Shown: in pieces, positions 7,836 to 18,432 of the stretch
How the letters are laid out: each line of letters starts with the position of its first letter
How positions within the stretch are numbered: position 1 is the first letter of the stretch
Origin: Bacteroidota bacterium
GTDB taxonomy: Bacteria; Bacteroidota; Bacteroidia; AKYH767-A; OLB10
Length of the DNA: 59,511 nucleotides
Direction: 5' to 3'
Assembly (NCBI GenBank): GCA_947447155.1
Contig: CANFIN010000005.1
Span: 1 to 59,511, forward strand
Position numbers and translations under genes: made by a program
Notes under the pieces: model-generated
The model's input: the letters and a program-made list of their open reading frames with translations, nothing else
What the model was told of the DNA's origin: nothing
Databases searched by the model: none

Positions 7836-10800
7836 TTAATAAACCGTGATTTTGCGCATTACATTTTTAGTTGGTCCGCTTACGTTAATTACATAAACTC
7901 CTTTGCTTAACATTGACAAATCAACCATTCGTTTATGTTCACCAACGAAATCATTCAATTGGTATTCGTAAACAATTTCTCCTAATGTGTTTAACACCGT
8001 TACTTTGTAATTCTGAACAACATTTGCATTAAAACTTAATTCAAATAATCCATTCGTAGGATTTGGATATACCTGCATACTCTGATCGATTGAAAAATCA
8101 GCTAAGCCTACAGAGCAAGAATCTAATGCAGTACAAGCTGTTCTTCCTGTGTTGCAATAGATATCAGTATACTGCCAGTTGTAGAAGAAATAATAATAAC
8201 CAGGAGAGCCAGCATTACTACCTGTAATATTAATAGAAGTACTATTATAAGGATAAGCTGCACCAGCTGAGTTTCGGTATAAATCAACTAAACCACGACA
8301 TTTAATAAAATAGTTTGTTCCTGGATATAATTTAAAGTTTACATTAACAGTGGTAGTATTTGCTCCACTTGCAGGAATATTAATAGTAGTATCAATATAA
8401 GTATTTCCTTGTGCATCTAAAATTTCAATTGTGCGAGCTCCGGCAGTATTTGCATAAACATCAAATGAATTTAGGATTACCGGATTAATAACATCGAAAT
8501 ATAATCCACGAATATCATTCGCCGTAAAGAAACTACCTGCTCCAATTCCGTTTCCTACTTCACCAACATAATCTACTAATCCATTAGGAAAATCTTCATC
8601 AACATAATAAGTTGTTGTACCATTGATAGTAGGATTATAATTGTTACCAGTAGCTAAAACATTTCCACCACCTGGAGCATCCCACCAGCGTAATGTTCCA
8701 TTTCCTGAACCTGCTGCAGATAAAGCAATCGAACCAGGTCCACAACGAACACCTCCTGTTGTTTGCGGATCAGGAGCAATACTTGTTGCAATATTGATAA
8801 AGTTCGAATAAGTAACCGAATCAGTTCCATTTGCATTTGTAGATACTAACGCTGCCGAATATACGCCTGGAGTATTATAGACTACTGTTGGATTTTGCAA
8901 AGTTGAAGTTGACGGATTTCCTCCTGGGAAAGACCACAACCATGAAGTTGGTTGGCCTGATGAATAATCAGCGAAATCAATTGCTGCGCCCGAACAAGAA
9001 ATCTTTTTGCTTGAACCAAATGCCGCAGTTGGTGCGTAAGTGCCTGGTACATATAAATCAGATTCCCACAAGCCTCTTCCATAAGTAGATGCTCTTATTT
9101 TTCCTGTTGGATAATGTATTGCTAATTGCGATACATTCACGTTTGGAAGTCCGTTAAAGAATGGCTGCCAAACGTTCATTGTTGAATCTTTAAAGAAAAT
9201 ACCTACATCCGTCCCGATGTATAATCCATCAGCCGAATTATTTTGATAGGTGATACAATTAACTGGAATATTCGGAATTGAAGCCGATAAGTTAATCCAC
9301 GTAGTTCCCTGGTCGTTAGTCTGAAATACTTTGCTCGTATTAGTAAATCCTGAGTAAGTAATCCATGCTTTATTAGGATCTGTAGGACTACAAGCGATAT
9401 AAGTAATATTACCATTTGGAACTGACGTAATGGTTGTCCAAGTTGTACCACCATTACTTGACTTATACAATCCACCTGGCTTACACGCCCAGATTACCTG
9501 ATTGTTAGCAGGAGAAACATCTAGCTGCGTTACCGTTGCTGTATTCGTAAAGTTGCTGATCTTCGTCCATGCATTACCTCCATTTGTACTTTTCCAAACA
9601 TTCACAAATCCAGAATATAAAGTTGTTGGTGTAACAGGATCTTGCATCCAAGGAGTTACCCATGCACCTGTTTCTGTAATTCCGTTTGTTGCTGCCGACC
9701 ATGAATTACCACCATTTGTTGAACGTTGAAATGCACCATTATAATATTCAGCCCACATGTTTTGATCATTCGTATTATCAATGAAGCAAAGCATACCATC
9801 ACCACCTAATAATTTTGTCCAGCCTGTATTTGTGTATTTGCTTGTTCCGTTATCTTGCCATCCCTGAATAATTAAATTAGCATTAGTGGCAGACTGACCT
9901 AAGCCATACATTTGGGCTATTTGTAATCCATCACTAAGGTCTGTCCATGTGTTACCGCTATTACTCGTTTTAAAAATACCACCGTCGCTACATGTAAAAT
10001 AAGTAGTACCACTTGTAAAAACAATATCATGATAATCAACGTGCGTATTACCACCGTTTTGCGTCCACGATGTACCGCCATTAGTTGAACGTTGAAAATC
10101 TGTTTGTCCTCCTAATATTACTTCATTGATATTTGTTGGAGAAACCGCTATCGCTAAGTCGTACCATTGTTGTGTGCCTAATGCAGGAGTTGAAGGTTTA
10201 GTGAAACTTGTTCCGCTGTTGGTTGATTTATAAAATCCTTCGGTACCATAATTTGGTTGAGGCAAACCTACAATCATATAAACATAAGATGGGTCAGCTG
10301 GAGAAACTGCAATAGCCATACGACTTACATTTGCTGCAGCAGGCATTCCCGCTGTAATTTTCGTAAAGGCAACACCGTTATTAGTCGATTTATAAAATTC
10401 AGTTCCGCATACATAAACTGTATTTGGATCACCTGGCTTAAACTCCATGTCTTTGAAAGTACCTGCAAGTGTATTCGTAAAAGTCGCACCGGCATCTGTA
10501 CTTCTGTAAACGCCAGCAGAAGTAGCAACCAAAATTGTATTTGTATTTGTTGGGTCAATTAAAAGTTTACTTATCTGACGATAGTTAGCCATATAGTAAG
10601 ACAAACCTGTTGGTTGCCATGTTGTACCACCATCAATTGATTTTAATACACCAACAGAGTAAGTATCGCCAGCATCACCATCACCAGTTGCTAAATACAT
10701 AATATTCGTATTTGTTGGATCAATAGCGATATCTGTGCAGCCAATAATCTGTGCTACTCTATCTGTATTTGTTGACCATGTGTTACCACCATCCATCGAC

Positions 10801-11300
10801 TTCCATAATCCTCCTGCAGGTGAACCTACATATATGATGTTATTATTAGTTGGATCAAATCGAACAAATGTTAAACGGCCAGCATTACCACCATTTGATG
10901 GCACAGCTGAAACGGGACCTAACAATGTCCAGTTTCCTGAATTAAAAACTCCGTGTTGCTGATTGTAACGCTCCATCTCACGGTAAGCAGTTGCAGGGTC
11001 GAAGCGCTCACCTGTTGGCGATACACGAGGAGCCATAAAATGTTCCCAGCGCTTATATTGAAAATAACCAGGAATTTCTAATTCCTCTTCAGAAAGCGGC
11101 TCTCCTTTTCTTTTAGATGCTCTTTTTCGCTCGCGTTCTACTTCGCGATCTTTCTTTGCAGCATATTTATTAAATGAATTTTGAACTTCATAAAAGTTCA
11201 CATTAGGGTCATTCATTTTCGTAACCCAGTCCTGTCCGAAAGATATTGTCGGCACAGCAATAACAGCGGCTAGTAACAGCGCTTTTAATCGAGTAATCAT
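7836..11300 (-). CDS. Secreted VPS10/BNR (Asp-box) beta-propeller protein with PKD and Ig-like domains and T9SS CTD
   Basis: Signal peptide. Many Asp-box repeats (KSMDGGNTW, KSIDGGTTW, RSTNGGTSW, KSTNGGNAW). PKD (FADYSSGQPTSWLWSFPGG). CTD VYPNPTNG...GVYVINV...RKITVY. Confidence 0.88.
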   Translation of the reverse strand: MITRLKALLLAAVIAVPTISFGQDWVTKMNDPNVNFYEVQNSFNKYAAKKDREVERERKRASKRKGEPLSEEELEIPGYFQYKRWEHFMAPRVSPTGERFDPATAYREMERYNQQHGVFNSGNWTLLGPVSAVPSNGGNAGRLTFVRFDPTNNNIIYVGSPAGGLWKSMDGGNTWSTNTDRVAQIIGCTDIAIDPTNTNIMYLATGDGDAGDTYSVGVLKSIDGGTTWQPTGLSYYMANYRQISKLLIDPTNTNTILVATSAGVYRSTDAGATFTNTLAGTFKDMEFKPGDPNTVYVCGTEFYKSTNNGVAFTKITAGMPAAANVSRMAIAVSPADPSYVYMIVGLPQPNYGTEGFYKSTNSGTSFTKPSTPALGTQQWYDLAIAVSPTNINEVILGGQTDFQRSTNGGTSWTQNGGNTHVDYHDIVFTSGTTYFTCSDGGIFKTSNSGNTWTDLSDGLQIAQMYGLGQSATNANLIIQGWQDNGTSKYTNTGWTKLLGGDGMLCFIDNTNDQNMWAEYYNGAFQRSTNGGNSWSAATNGITETGAWVTPWMQDPVTPTTLYSGFVNVWKSTNGGNAWTKISNFTNTATVTQLDVSPANNQVIWACKPGGLYKSSNGGTTWTTITSVPNGNITYIACSPTDPNKAWITYSGFTNTSKVFQTNDQGTTWINLSASIPNIPVNCITYQNNSADGLYIGTDVGIFFKDSTMNVWQPFFNGLPNVNVSQLAIHYPTGKIRASTYGRGLWESDLYVPGTYAPTAAFGSSKKISCSGAAIDFADYSSGQPTSWLWSFPGGNPSTSTLQNPTVVYNTPGVYSAALVSTNANGTDSVTYSNFINIATSIAPDPQTTGGVRCGPGSIALSAAGSGNGTLRWWDAPGGGNVLATGNNYNPTINGTTTYYVDEDFPNGLVDYVGEVGNGIGAGSFFTANDIRGLYFDVINPVILNSFDVYANTAGARTIEILDAQGNTYIDTTINIPASGANTTTVNVNFKLYPGTNYFIKCRGLVDLYRNSAGAAYPYNSTSINITGSNAGSPGYYYFFYNWQYTDIYCNTGRTACTALDSCSVGLADFSIDQSMQVYPNPTNGLFELSFNANVVQNYKVTVLNTLGEIVYEYQLNDFVGEHKRMVDLSMLSKGVYVINVSGPTKNVMRKITVY

Positions 11301-11327
11301 TGGTTATAGTTTGGCTTTTTAGAGTAT

Positions 11328-11335
11328 CAAATATA
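11328..11335 (-). promoter_or_regulatory. -7 element TATATTTG for the VPS10 gene
   Basis: CAAATATA on the + strand, 27 nt upstream of the ATG at 11300. Confidence 0.65.
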
Positions 11336-11422
11336 AATAATTCAAATCACAATTTAAATTACTTTTAAAGCACATTACGGCCATGTTATAATGGCAATAA
11401 GGCAATTATTAAAGACTGAAAA

Positions 11423-14400
11423 CTAGTGCATTAAATACATTTTACCCCAACCCTTTTTGAAATACTGATCGGCGGACGTTTCACGTTTTTCTATTTCAGC
11501 ACCATTCATTCCGGTGATGACTTTATAAAGATAAACTCCATTTGCAAGCTGATCCCCAAACTGATCTTTACCATCCCACGCAAAGTCGGTGATATTTCTG
11601 CCTATATGAATATCTCCTATTTCTGCTCTACTGATTTCTCTTACAATTTTTCCGCTCACTGTCATAATTCGAATTCTGAAATCATCGGGAATTTCACTTC
11701 CAGTTAATGTAAATACAAAACGAGTTGATGTACTAAACGGATTAGGATAATTAATAACCTCTGTAATGGTACTTTTATTTACTACTTCAAATTGAATTTT
11801 ATAATCATTCAATCCACTCTGATTGCCCGACTCATCTGTTGCCTGCACGCTTAGAGAATAAATACCGTCTTTTAAAAGCGATGGCTGATAAATAATATTG
11901 AAACTGTTTTTAGGAAGATTAGCTGGCACCCATTGTAGCAATTGCTGTTCAGAATTAATACTAGATGCTGTTTCAAAAGGTATAAGCTTTACTATTCCAT
12001 CAGGATCAGTAATAACTATTCTAAAATTACTTGTATCATTCAATGCAATAAATTTATTTTCATCCAGCAACTGAATATTTATTGTAGGCTTTGCGGAAAT
12101 AATGTCGCCGTTCAATATACGCGAACCATCAAAAGTGACATCTAACAATGGATTTGTAATATCTCTTGAAACATTAAAACGAATACTTGTTAAATTATTA
12201 AAATGATATTGTTCTGGCTGATCGTTGCGTGGATTAACCTCAACCCATAAAGTATTAGCACCAACAAATCCACGCGAGTTAAAACTTATTCCAGTATTTA
12301 CAGTATCGCCTGCTGGAAGGTTGCGCGGCAAACGAACAGTTGCTAAATCGTATCTTACATTTTGCTGATTATATAAATAATAATCGACCAACAAAGAATC
12401 CATATCAACCGTACTAATATTTTCGAAAGCAATTTTTAAATTAATATTTTGTCCTTCTTGTACTGTATCTGAATTGAAAGTATAATACGAAGGATTAATA
12501 GTTCCTTCAGGAACTGGATCATAATAAACTTGCCATTTAGTAAGTTGAGGCGGCGTTCTATTTGTTCCATCTTGCGCATACATTTTTAATTTCAAGTAAG
12601 GATATGTATTTGCATCAATATTAGAAATTGAAAAATCTTTTTGGCTTGATGGTATCCCCGACATTAAATTAAACTCTTGTCCTGCTGCGTTTATTCCGAT
12701 TAAGCTGAGCATTACAGAATCAGGCGAAGAACTTATTTCAGTTGATGTAAAATCCCAATGTACCGACGACCATGATGATGCAGGTCCTACTTTCGTAGAT
12801 GTATAAAATCCTTTATCCCAATCACGTTGTAACGTATAGTCTATCCGCAAATCCGCTATTGGATAGGTACCTTTCTGAAATATCTCAGTTGATGGGTCTC
12901 CTTTCTTCATAAAGAAAAGGTATTTATCCTGTGATGTTAAGCTTGAATATTGCGTAGAGCCTAAAGCAGCAAAACCATTTTTCAAAACTGATAAGGTATC
13001 AAATGGCACATCAAAAACAGTCCAGCTTAAAATATAATCACCATTTGGAACATCATTTAAAATCATATCTACCAAACTATCTGTTTGTGCAGGAATAGCT
13101 GTATTAAATAAGAAGAATTTATCTGGTCTATAACGGTTACAACCAATTCGAGTTGAGCAATTAAAATAATTGTAATTTCCGAAATAGCGTATACATGAAT
13201 CTGTTTGCCATGGGTGTTCAAAATCTATGGAATCTAAAACAGCAATAGCAATCTGCGGAGCATAATTACAACCACCATAATCGATATTAACTCCATTGAT
13301 TTCATAAGACGGGCGTGTACCAGAATGTGTAATTGTTAAGGCGTATTGCGAATTAATAAACTCAAAATAACGAATTGTATTCTGACGAATAATATTTGTC
13401 AAATCATCTTTTTGAAACTGTGGATAATCGGCTTGCGACCAACCTGTGATCCCTTGTTTGTAAATAAATGAGCTGTATTTCCATTGGAATTTATTCGCAA
13501 TTGCGGTATCTGGATTTGTGATTGAATCATTCGCAACGCGCCAATAGTAGACTTGATTATCTGCGAGTGTTTGAGGAACTGTCCAGCTAACAACGCCATA
13601 AATATTATTTACTATATGACTTAATTTAAAAGAACTTGTAAATATTGCTGATGTATCAATTTCGAAAATATAATTTTTCGGGTTTGAAAAGAGATTTGCA
13701 GTTGTAGCTTTTAACGTAACTGTATCATTCGGAATGATAGCAAATTCAGAAGGGAAAACAGGATTGATATCGGTGCTTGTAATTTGCAAGGTAGCTGACG
13801 CAAAATTATTTGACGACTCATTAAATTCCTGAACCTCATTGAAAGCATCCACGGTAATATCAAAAGTATTTAAACCTGCTCCATCTCGAAAATCGACAGG
13901 TAACTTAACTTGAATTGTATCACGATAAGAAATATAAGGCACAATAACAATTGTATCGCGCATACTAACGCCATCGGGCATACGACGACTAACAAGCACA
14001 CGGATACTTTGCGAGGTGTTTTTACCAAGATTAGTAATTGCAACTTTAACTGTAAATGAATCTAATTCTGTAGTTACAACCTGTGGATCAAAAATGATGG
14101 AAGAATTATCAATCGAATAATCTGGCAATTCATATGAATTTAAGTTAATAGCAGGATCGCCATGCATTGTCATGCACATGCAAACATTTTTATATCCCGG
14201 ATTCGATGTCATTAGTGTGTTAATTGTTTTTTTCATCGACTCACAAACACTCTTGCCATAGTTTAATCGGAATAACTGCTGATGAAGTTCAGTTGAATAA
14301 GCATCTAACTCTTCAATAATTCCTTTATCAGGAACTGCAACAAACCCGATTGCTGCTTTATCAGGTGTTAATACAAAACGCTCATTCAACAATTTAGAAG

Positions 14401-16450
14401 TGGTGAAAATATCACCAACATAGCAACTCTGCGCCAATACCAATGGATACTTCCCTTTGTTATTATAGTTCTCTGGTGCATCCGTACTGATATCGAATGA
14501 GGTTCCAGCTGCGTGACCATAGAATGTCATCATTGAAGAGCCTGAATCAATCAACGATTGTAAATACTGACTTTGATTTATCTGAATTGGAGCACTTGAG
14601 TTTTTTAAGAAAGTATATACATTACCACCGAACAAAGTGTCTTGTATTACCTGTGCATATGCATTTAATTTTGCAGCTAAAACATTTTGCTCGTTCAAAT
14701 CGGTACCGCCACCAAAATGCAATACATTCTTCATCCATAAAGCTGGTGCTTGTGCCTGATTGCTTTCAAATTCGATTAGCTTATTCAAATAGGCAGTAAT
14801 ATCGTCATTAGTCGTTGCAGCTATACGACCAGTTGCTAATTCGGGAACAAATTTATTGGTGTTTAATTTTGAAGTAAACATTTGATCCGATGCAGGCTCT
14901 CCCCAAGTAGGGACAAAGTTCAAAGTATGACCGGCTCCACTGCGTGCATCAGAAATTAAAATTCCCTTTCCCAATAATAATAAATACTTCGGATATCCAG
15001 TAGCGTTATCAATCATGAAATCTGAAAAACTTCTGATTGCCTGCACATGCTGACGAATACCAAATGAGAATTGATCGTACAATTCATTTACATCGACCAA
15101 CAATGAAGAATACCCTTTCGTATTTCTGTATGCAGCATAAGCATTAGCTCCTGTCCATAATGTGCGATGGGAAACAATCAAAAAATCAGAAGTAGCACCC
15201 GTAACTTTAAAATTAGTAAAGCGCGCATAGGTATTAGGATTAGGATCTTTATTAACTGATTCGATAGATACATTACCAGATGAATAAAACACTTGACTAT
15301 TATCCATCAATAACATATTACTTTTCCCATTATAAGCAGGAATCAAAACATTAAAATTACCTCCAGTTGTATTGATGCTTACGATATGCACTGTATCATT
15401 ATCCACTACATATAACAACGGACTAGCTGTATTTACATTCGAAAAATTGACAACATACTTGCTATTATTCTGATCAAGATAAAATTGAACCGGAAAAGAT
15501 TCGCCTGAAAAATCTGAGGTACGATCGTAGGTTATTTTTACATAACCAAGATTCATATAGTTCGCGTTAAACGGATTTGAGGCGTCAGCGAGTGGCTGTA
15601 GTTTAACGTTTAAGTTCCCACTTCCAGGAAATAATGAAAGAGGCAACACATCTTTATTTAACGAATATCCATAAATAGCATTATTTGTAATTGTATTACT
15701 ATTAACGATAATACTATAAGGATGCGAAAGCGCATTGGCTCCCATTTGCACCATCTCTATCTCAGGAGCATTGATTGTGGTATTTGATTTATTGATAGTA
15801 AAATCGACACTTGCACTTTGATTATAACTTACTTTGTTAAAGTAAAACCCCTCGCCTTGTGTATAAGAATTATCAGCAATTGAATTAGCATCGCGATCAC
15901 CAATATTATAATCCTGTGCAGCTGTTTTTACCTCTGAAACTCTTAGCAGTGACGCTGTGGGATACGAAGAAAAATTATGATCATTTTCAATTTTCATTCT
16001 GCGATTTGCAGTCGAATTCAAATTGTATGTCAAGTAATACGCAGCAGTATCATTAAACAAACTCTGATACGGATTTGGATGTGATGTAATGGTATCGTAA
16101 ATCTGCGCATCAAAAGCTCCATCGTTTTTGTTTCCTATGAACTCAATAAAATCGCCGTTATTAAAAATTCCATTCTGGTCATTATCCAACACACGAATAA
16201 ACTGTTCTGTTCCTCTGTGAAATAACTGATAACGATCGGGACTAAACCATGCATTAACAGGAACACTTGAATTTTGAAGATCGTTATAGGTTAATCGATA
16301 AACACCATCTTTCCATACTCCAATTCTAAAATACTGCTGACTAGAATAAGGCTGTCCATTAACGAAAGATATCCATTCGTTACCATAGGTTTGCGAAAAC
16401 CCATAATTTATAAAAGAAGTAAAAACTAAAAGGAGTAATAGTTTCTTCAT
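11423..16450 (-). CDS. C25 (gingipain-like) cysteine peptidase, PorU-like T9SS sortase paralogue ('PorU2' type)
   Basis: Signal peptide. PorU-like N-terminus (GVYRLTYNDL). C25 core: VDVNELYDQF, YLLLLGKG, PELATGRIAA, catalytic FYGHA and QSCYVG, MHGDPA. CARDB-like domains. C-terminal NYPNPFSTST...WDGKDQFGDQLANGVYLYKV. Confidence 0.82.
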   Translation of the reverse strand: MKKLLLLLVFTSFINYGFSQTYGNEWISFVNGQPYSSQQYFRIGVWKDGVYRLTYNDLQNSSVPVNAWFSPDRYQLFHRGTEQFIRVLDNDQNGIFNNGDFIEFIGNKNDGAFDAQIYDTITSHPNPYQSLFNDTAAYYLTYNLNSTANRRMKIENDHNFSSYPTASLLRVSEVKTAAQDYNIGDRDANSIADNSYTQGEGFYFNKVSYNQSASVDFTINKSNTTINAPEIEMVQMGANALSHPYSIIVNSNTITNNAIYGYSLNKDVLPLSLFPGSGNLNVKLQPLADASNPFNANYMNLGYVKITYDRTSDFSGESFPVQFYLDQNNSKYVVNFSNVNTASPLLYVVDNDTVHIVSINTTGGNFNVLIPAYNGKSNMLLMDNSQVFYSSGNVSIESVNKDPNPNTYARFTNFKVTGATSDFLIVSHRTLWTGANAYAAYRNTKGYSSLLVDVNELYDQFSFGIRQHVQAIRSFSDFMIDNATGYPKYLLLLGKGILISDARSGAGHTLNFVPTWGEPASDQMFTSKLNTNKFVPELATGRIAATTNDDITAYLNKLIEFESNQAQAPALWMKNVLHFGGGTDLNEQNVLAAKLNAYAQVIQDTLFGGNVYTFLKNSSAPIQINQSQYLQSLIDSGSSMMTFYGHAAGTSFDISTDAPENYNNKGKYPLVLAQSCYVGDIFTTSKLLNERFVLTPDKAAIGFVAVPDKGIIEELDAYSTELHQQLFRLNYGKSVCESMKKTINTLMTSNPGYKNVCMCMTMHGDPAINLNSYELPDYSIDNSSIIFDPQVVTTELDSFTVKVAITNLGKNTSQSIRVLVSRRMPDGVSMRDTIVIVPYISYRDTIQVKLPVDFRDGAGLNTFDITVDAFNEVQEFNESSNNFASATLQITSTDINPVFPSEFAIIPNDTVTLKATTANLFSNPKNYIFEIDTSAIFTSSFKLSHIVNNIYGVVSWTVPQTLADNQVYYWRVANDSITNPDTAIANKFQWKYSSFIYKQGITGWSQADYPQFQKDDLTNIIRQNTIRYFEFINSQYALTITHSGTRPSYEINGVNIDYGGCNYAPQIAIAVLDSIDFEHPWQTDSCIRYFGNYNYFNCSTRIGCNRYRPDKFFLFNTAIPAQTDSLVDMILNDVPNGDYILSWTVFDVPFDTLSVLKNGFAALGSTQYSSLTSQDKYLFFMKKGDPSTEIFQKGTYPIADLRIDYTLQRDWDKGFYTSTKVGPASSWSSVHWDFTSTEISSSPDSVMLSLIGINAAGQEFNLMSGIPSSQKDFSISNIDANTYPYLKLKMYAQDGTNRTPPQLTKWQVYYDPVPEGTINPSYYTFNSDTVQEGQNINLKIAFENISTVDMDSLLVDYYLYNQQNVRYDLATVRLPRNLPAGDTVNTGISFNSRGFVGANTLWVEVNPRNDQPEQYHFNNLTSIRFNVSRDITNPLLDVTFDGSRILNGDIISAKPTINIQLLDENKFIALNDTSNFRIVITDPDGIVKLIPFETASSINSEQQLLQWVPANLPKNSFNIIYQPSLLKDGIYSLSVQATDESGNQSGLNDYKIQFEVVNKSTITEVINYPNPFSTSTRFVFTLTGSEIPDDFRIRIMTVSGKIVREISRAEIGDIHIGRNITDFAWDGKDQFGDQLANGVYLYKVITGMNGAEIEKRETSADQYFKKGWGKMYLMH

Positions 16451-16452
16451 CC

Positions 16453-17550
16453 TTACTTAGTATTAGTGGTTGCTGGATTTGTCTTTCTTATGAAATTTAA
16501 TTTGAGCGAAAAAATATTAGAGTACAATGTTCCTGCAGCTCCAGTAAAATTGGTTAGTGCATAATCAATCGTTACGTTCTTAATTTTAATTCCTGCGCCA
16601 ATGCTTGGCTGAGCAATCGTAGATGTTGATGCATCTATATTCTGAACAGTTTGAATATTCGCTACTCCTCCACGCAAGAAAATAAAATCATCATAGGCTA
16701 ATTCTAATCCACCTTTAGGATCAATACTTACAACATCCGATTTAATTGGAACATTTCTTTTTCCATCAAACGTAAAATCCAAATCGACCATAGGCGTTGC
16801 CGTTATCTTCTTTGAAAGATTAAATTTATAAGCAACACCGCCAATTAATTTTGGCAAGGTTACTTCTAATCCGTTCTGAGGAATTTCATTTCCTGTTTGT
16901 GCGAACACATCTTGCAACGATTCTGTATTGTAGGTCCATGCATTAAATGTAGACGTGATATCTTTTCCCATCAAGCCAAAATTCCAGCGATTATGTTCAT
17001 ATTGCAAACCTGCATCTAAACCAAATCCCCAAGCATTTGCAAAATCACCTACCTTACGATGAATAACTTTTACATTTCCACCTGCTGAAAGTCCTTTCAC
17101 TTTTAATGTTTGAGCGTAAGAAAATAAAAACGCATAATCTGCGGATGAAAAAGTTTTTAATCGGCCGTAATCAATATTTCCGTCCTTATCAATTAAATCA
17201 GTTGAATCGATAATATCATCAATAGCAAAACGAATAAAAGACGCACCTATAGTTCGTGTTGCATCAATGGGAGCAGCAAAAGATGCATAATCATATTTAC
17301 CAATACCACCGAAATATTCATTGTGCATTACAAACAACTGTAAATTACTTTTTACTTTCACTAGTCCTGCGGGATTCCAGAAACCTGCAGAAGCATCGCC
17401 AACCAAAGCAGATTGTGCTCCACCAAGTGATAGTCCACGGGCACCTACCCCAATAGATAAAAACTCATTACTATATTTTACTTGCGCTAAAGCCAGATTC
17501 GGAATTATAAATCCGAACACAACGAACACTAATTTTTTAATTGACGTCAT
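16453..17550 (-). CDS. PorV/PorQ-family T9SS outer-membrane beta-barrel ('PorV2' type)
   Basis: Signal peptide followed by KYSNEFLSIGVGARGLSLGGA...FWNPAGL (FadL/PorV-like N-terminus), then amphipathic beta strands. Stop lies 2 nt from the C25 gene start. Confidence 0.85.
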   Translation of the reverse strand: MTSIKKLVFVVFGFIIPNLALAQVKYSNEFLSIGVGARGLSLGGAQSALVGDASAGFWNPAGLVKVKSNLQLFVMHNEYFGGIGKYDYASFAAPIDATRTIGASFIRFAIDDIIDSTDLIDKDGNIDYGRLKTFSSADYAFLFSYAQTLKVKGLSAGGNVKVIHRKVGDFANAWGFGLDAGLQYEHNRWNFGLMGKDITSTFNAWTYNTESLQDVFAQTGNEIPQNGLEVTLPKLIGGVAYKFNLSKKITATPMVDLDFTFDGKRNVPIKSDVVSIDPKGGLELAYDDFIFLRGGVANIQTVQNIDASTSTIAQPSIGAGIKIKNVTIDYALTNFTGAAGTLYSNIFSLKLNFIRKTNPATTNTK

Positions 17551-17616
17551 TAGTTAATAGTTAATTTATCAGAACGGAAAACGACACATTAAATTTCATC
17601 ATCCGACAATATTCCC

Positions 17617-17654
17617 TCTACAAATTTGTAGAATACAAGAACAACTTTAAAGTT
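17617..17654. promoter_or_regulatory. Two perfect palindromes in the divergent porV-like/pssA intergenic region
   Basis: TCTACAAA|TTTGTAGA at 17617-17632 and AACTTT|AAAGTT at 17643-17654. Function inferred only. Confidence 0.35.
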
Positions 17655-17694
17655 AAAAAAAAAAGGTTGTAAACAATATATCGTTAGATAAATT

Positions 17695-17702
17695 TACATT
17701 TG
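17695..17702 (+). promoter_or_regulatory. -7 element TACATTTG (leaderless pssA)
   Basis: 4 nt before ATG 17707. Confidence 0.7.
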
Positions 17703-17706
17703 CATT

Positions 17707-18432
17707 ATGATTAAACACTTACCCAATGCCATGACCCTTGGCAACTTGCTTTGTGGATGCATCGCGATTGTTGCTATTATGAACGGCGAAATGGAATTAT
17801 CGGCAATAATGGTGGTTGTTGCAGGTATTCTGGACTTCTTCGATGGATTTGTTGCACGTCTTGTAAAATCAAGTTCTGAATTAGGAAAACAGCTAGACTC
17901 ATTAGCCGATATGGTAACCTTTGGTGTTGTACCAGGATTAACACTTTTTCACCTGTTTTCAGGATCGATGCTGAGTTTAAGTGAGCTGAGTGTTGAATCA
18001 AATTCGCCGGCATATATGCCTTATTTTATGTTTGCCGTTACACTTGCGTCCTGCCTTCGTTTAGCAAAATTCAATATTGATATTCGTCAGGAACATTATT
18101 TTATTGGCGTGCCTACTCCGCTAAATGCGTTGGTAACTGCAGGAATTCCCTTTATTGCCTACGACAATCCTGCTTATGGGAAGTATGTTCACAACCCTGC
18201 ACTACTAATTGCCTACGCATTAATTACCTCGTATTTAATGTTGGCAGATATACCCATGATTTCTTTGAAAGTGAAGTCGTGGTCGTTTAAAGCAGCCAAA
18301 GAAGTTTACTTTTTATTAATTGGAAGCTTGCTAATGTTAATAATTTTAAAGCATGCTGCATTCCCATTAATTCTTTGCTATTATGTAATTTTGTCGACAG
18401 TATTTCCACCTGATAAAAAACTTGAATTATGA
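17707..18432 (+). CDS. pssA: CDP-diacylglycerol--serine O-phosphatidyltransferase
   Basis: PNAMTLGNL, CDP-alcohol motif DFFDGFVAR...GKQLDSLADMVTFG, LRLAKFN, FIGVPTP. Confidence 0.9.
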   Translation: MIKHLPNAMTLGNLLCGCIAIVAIMNGEMELSAIMVVVAGILDFFDGFVARLVKSSSELGKQLDSLADMVTFGVVPGLTLFHLFSGSMLSLSELSVESNSPAYMPYFMFAVTLASCLRLAKFNIDIRQEHYFIGVPTPLNALVTAGIPFIAYDNPAYGKYVHNPALLIAYALITSYLMLADIPMISLKVKSWSFKAAKEVYFLLIGSLLMLIILKHAAFPLILCYYVILSTVFPPDKKLEL

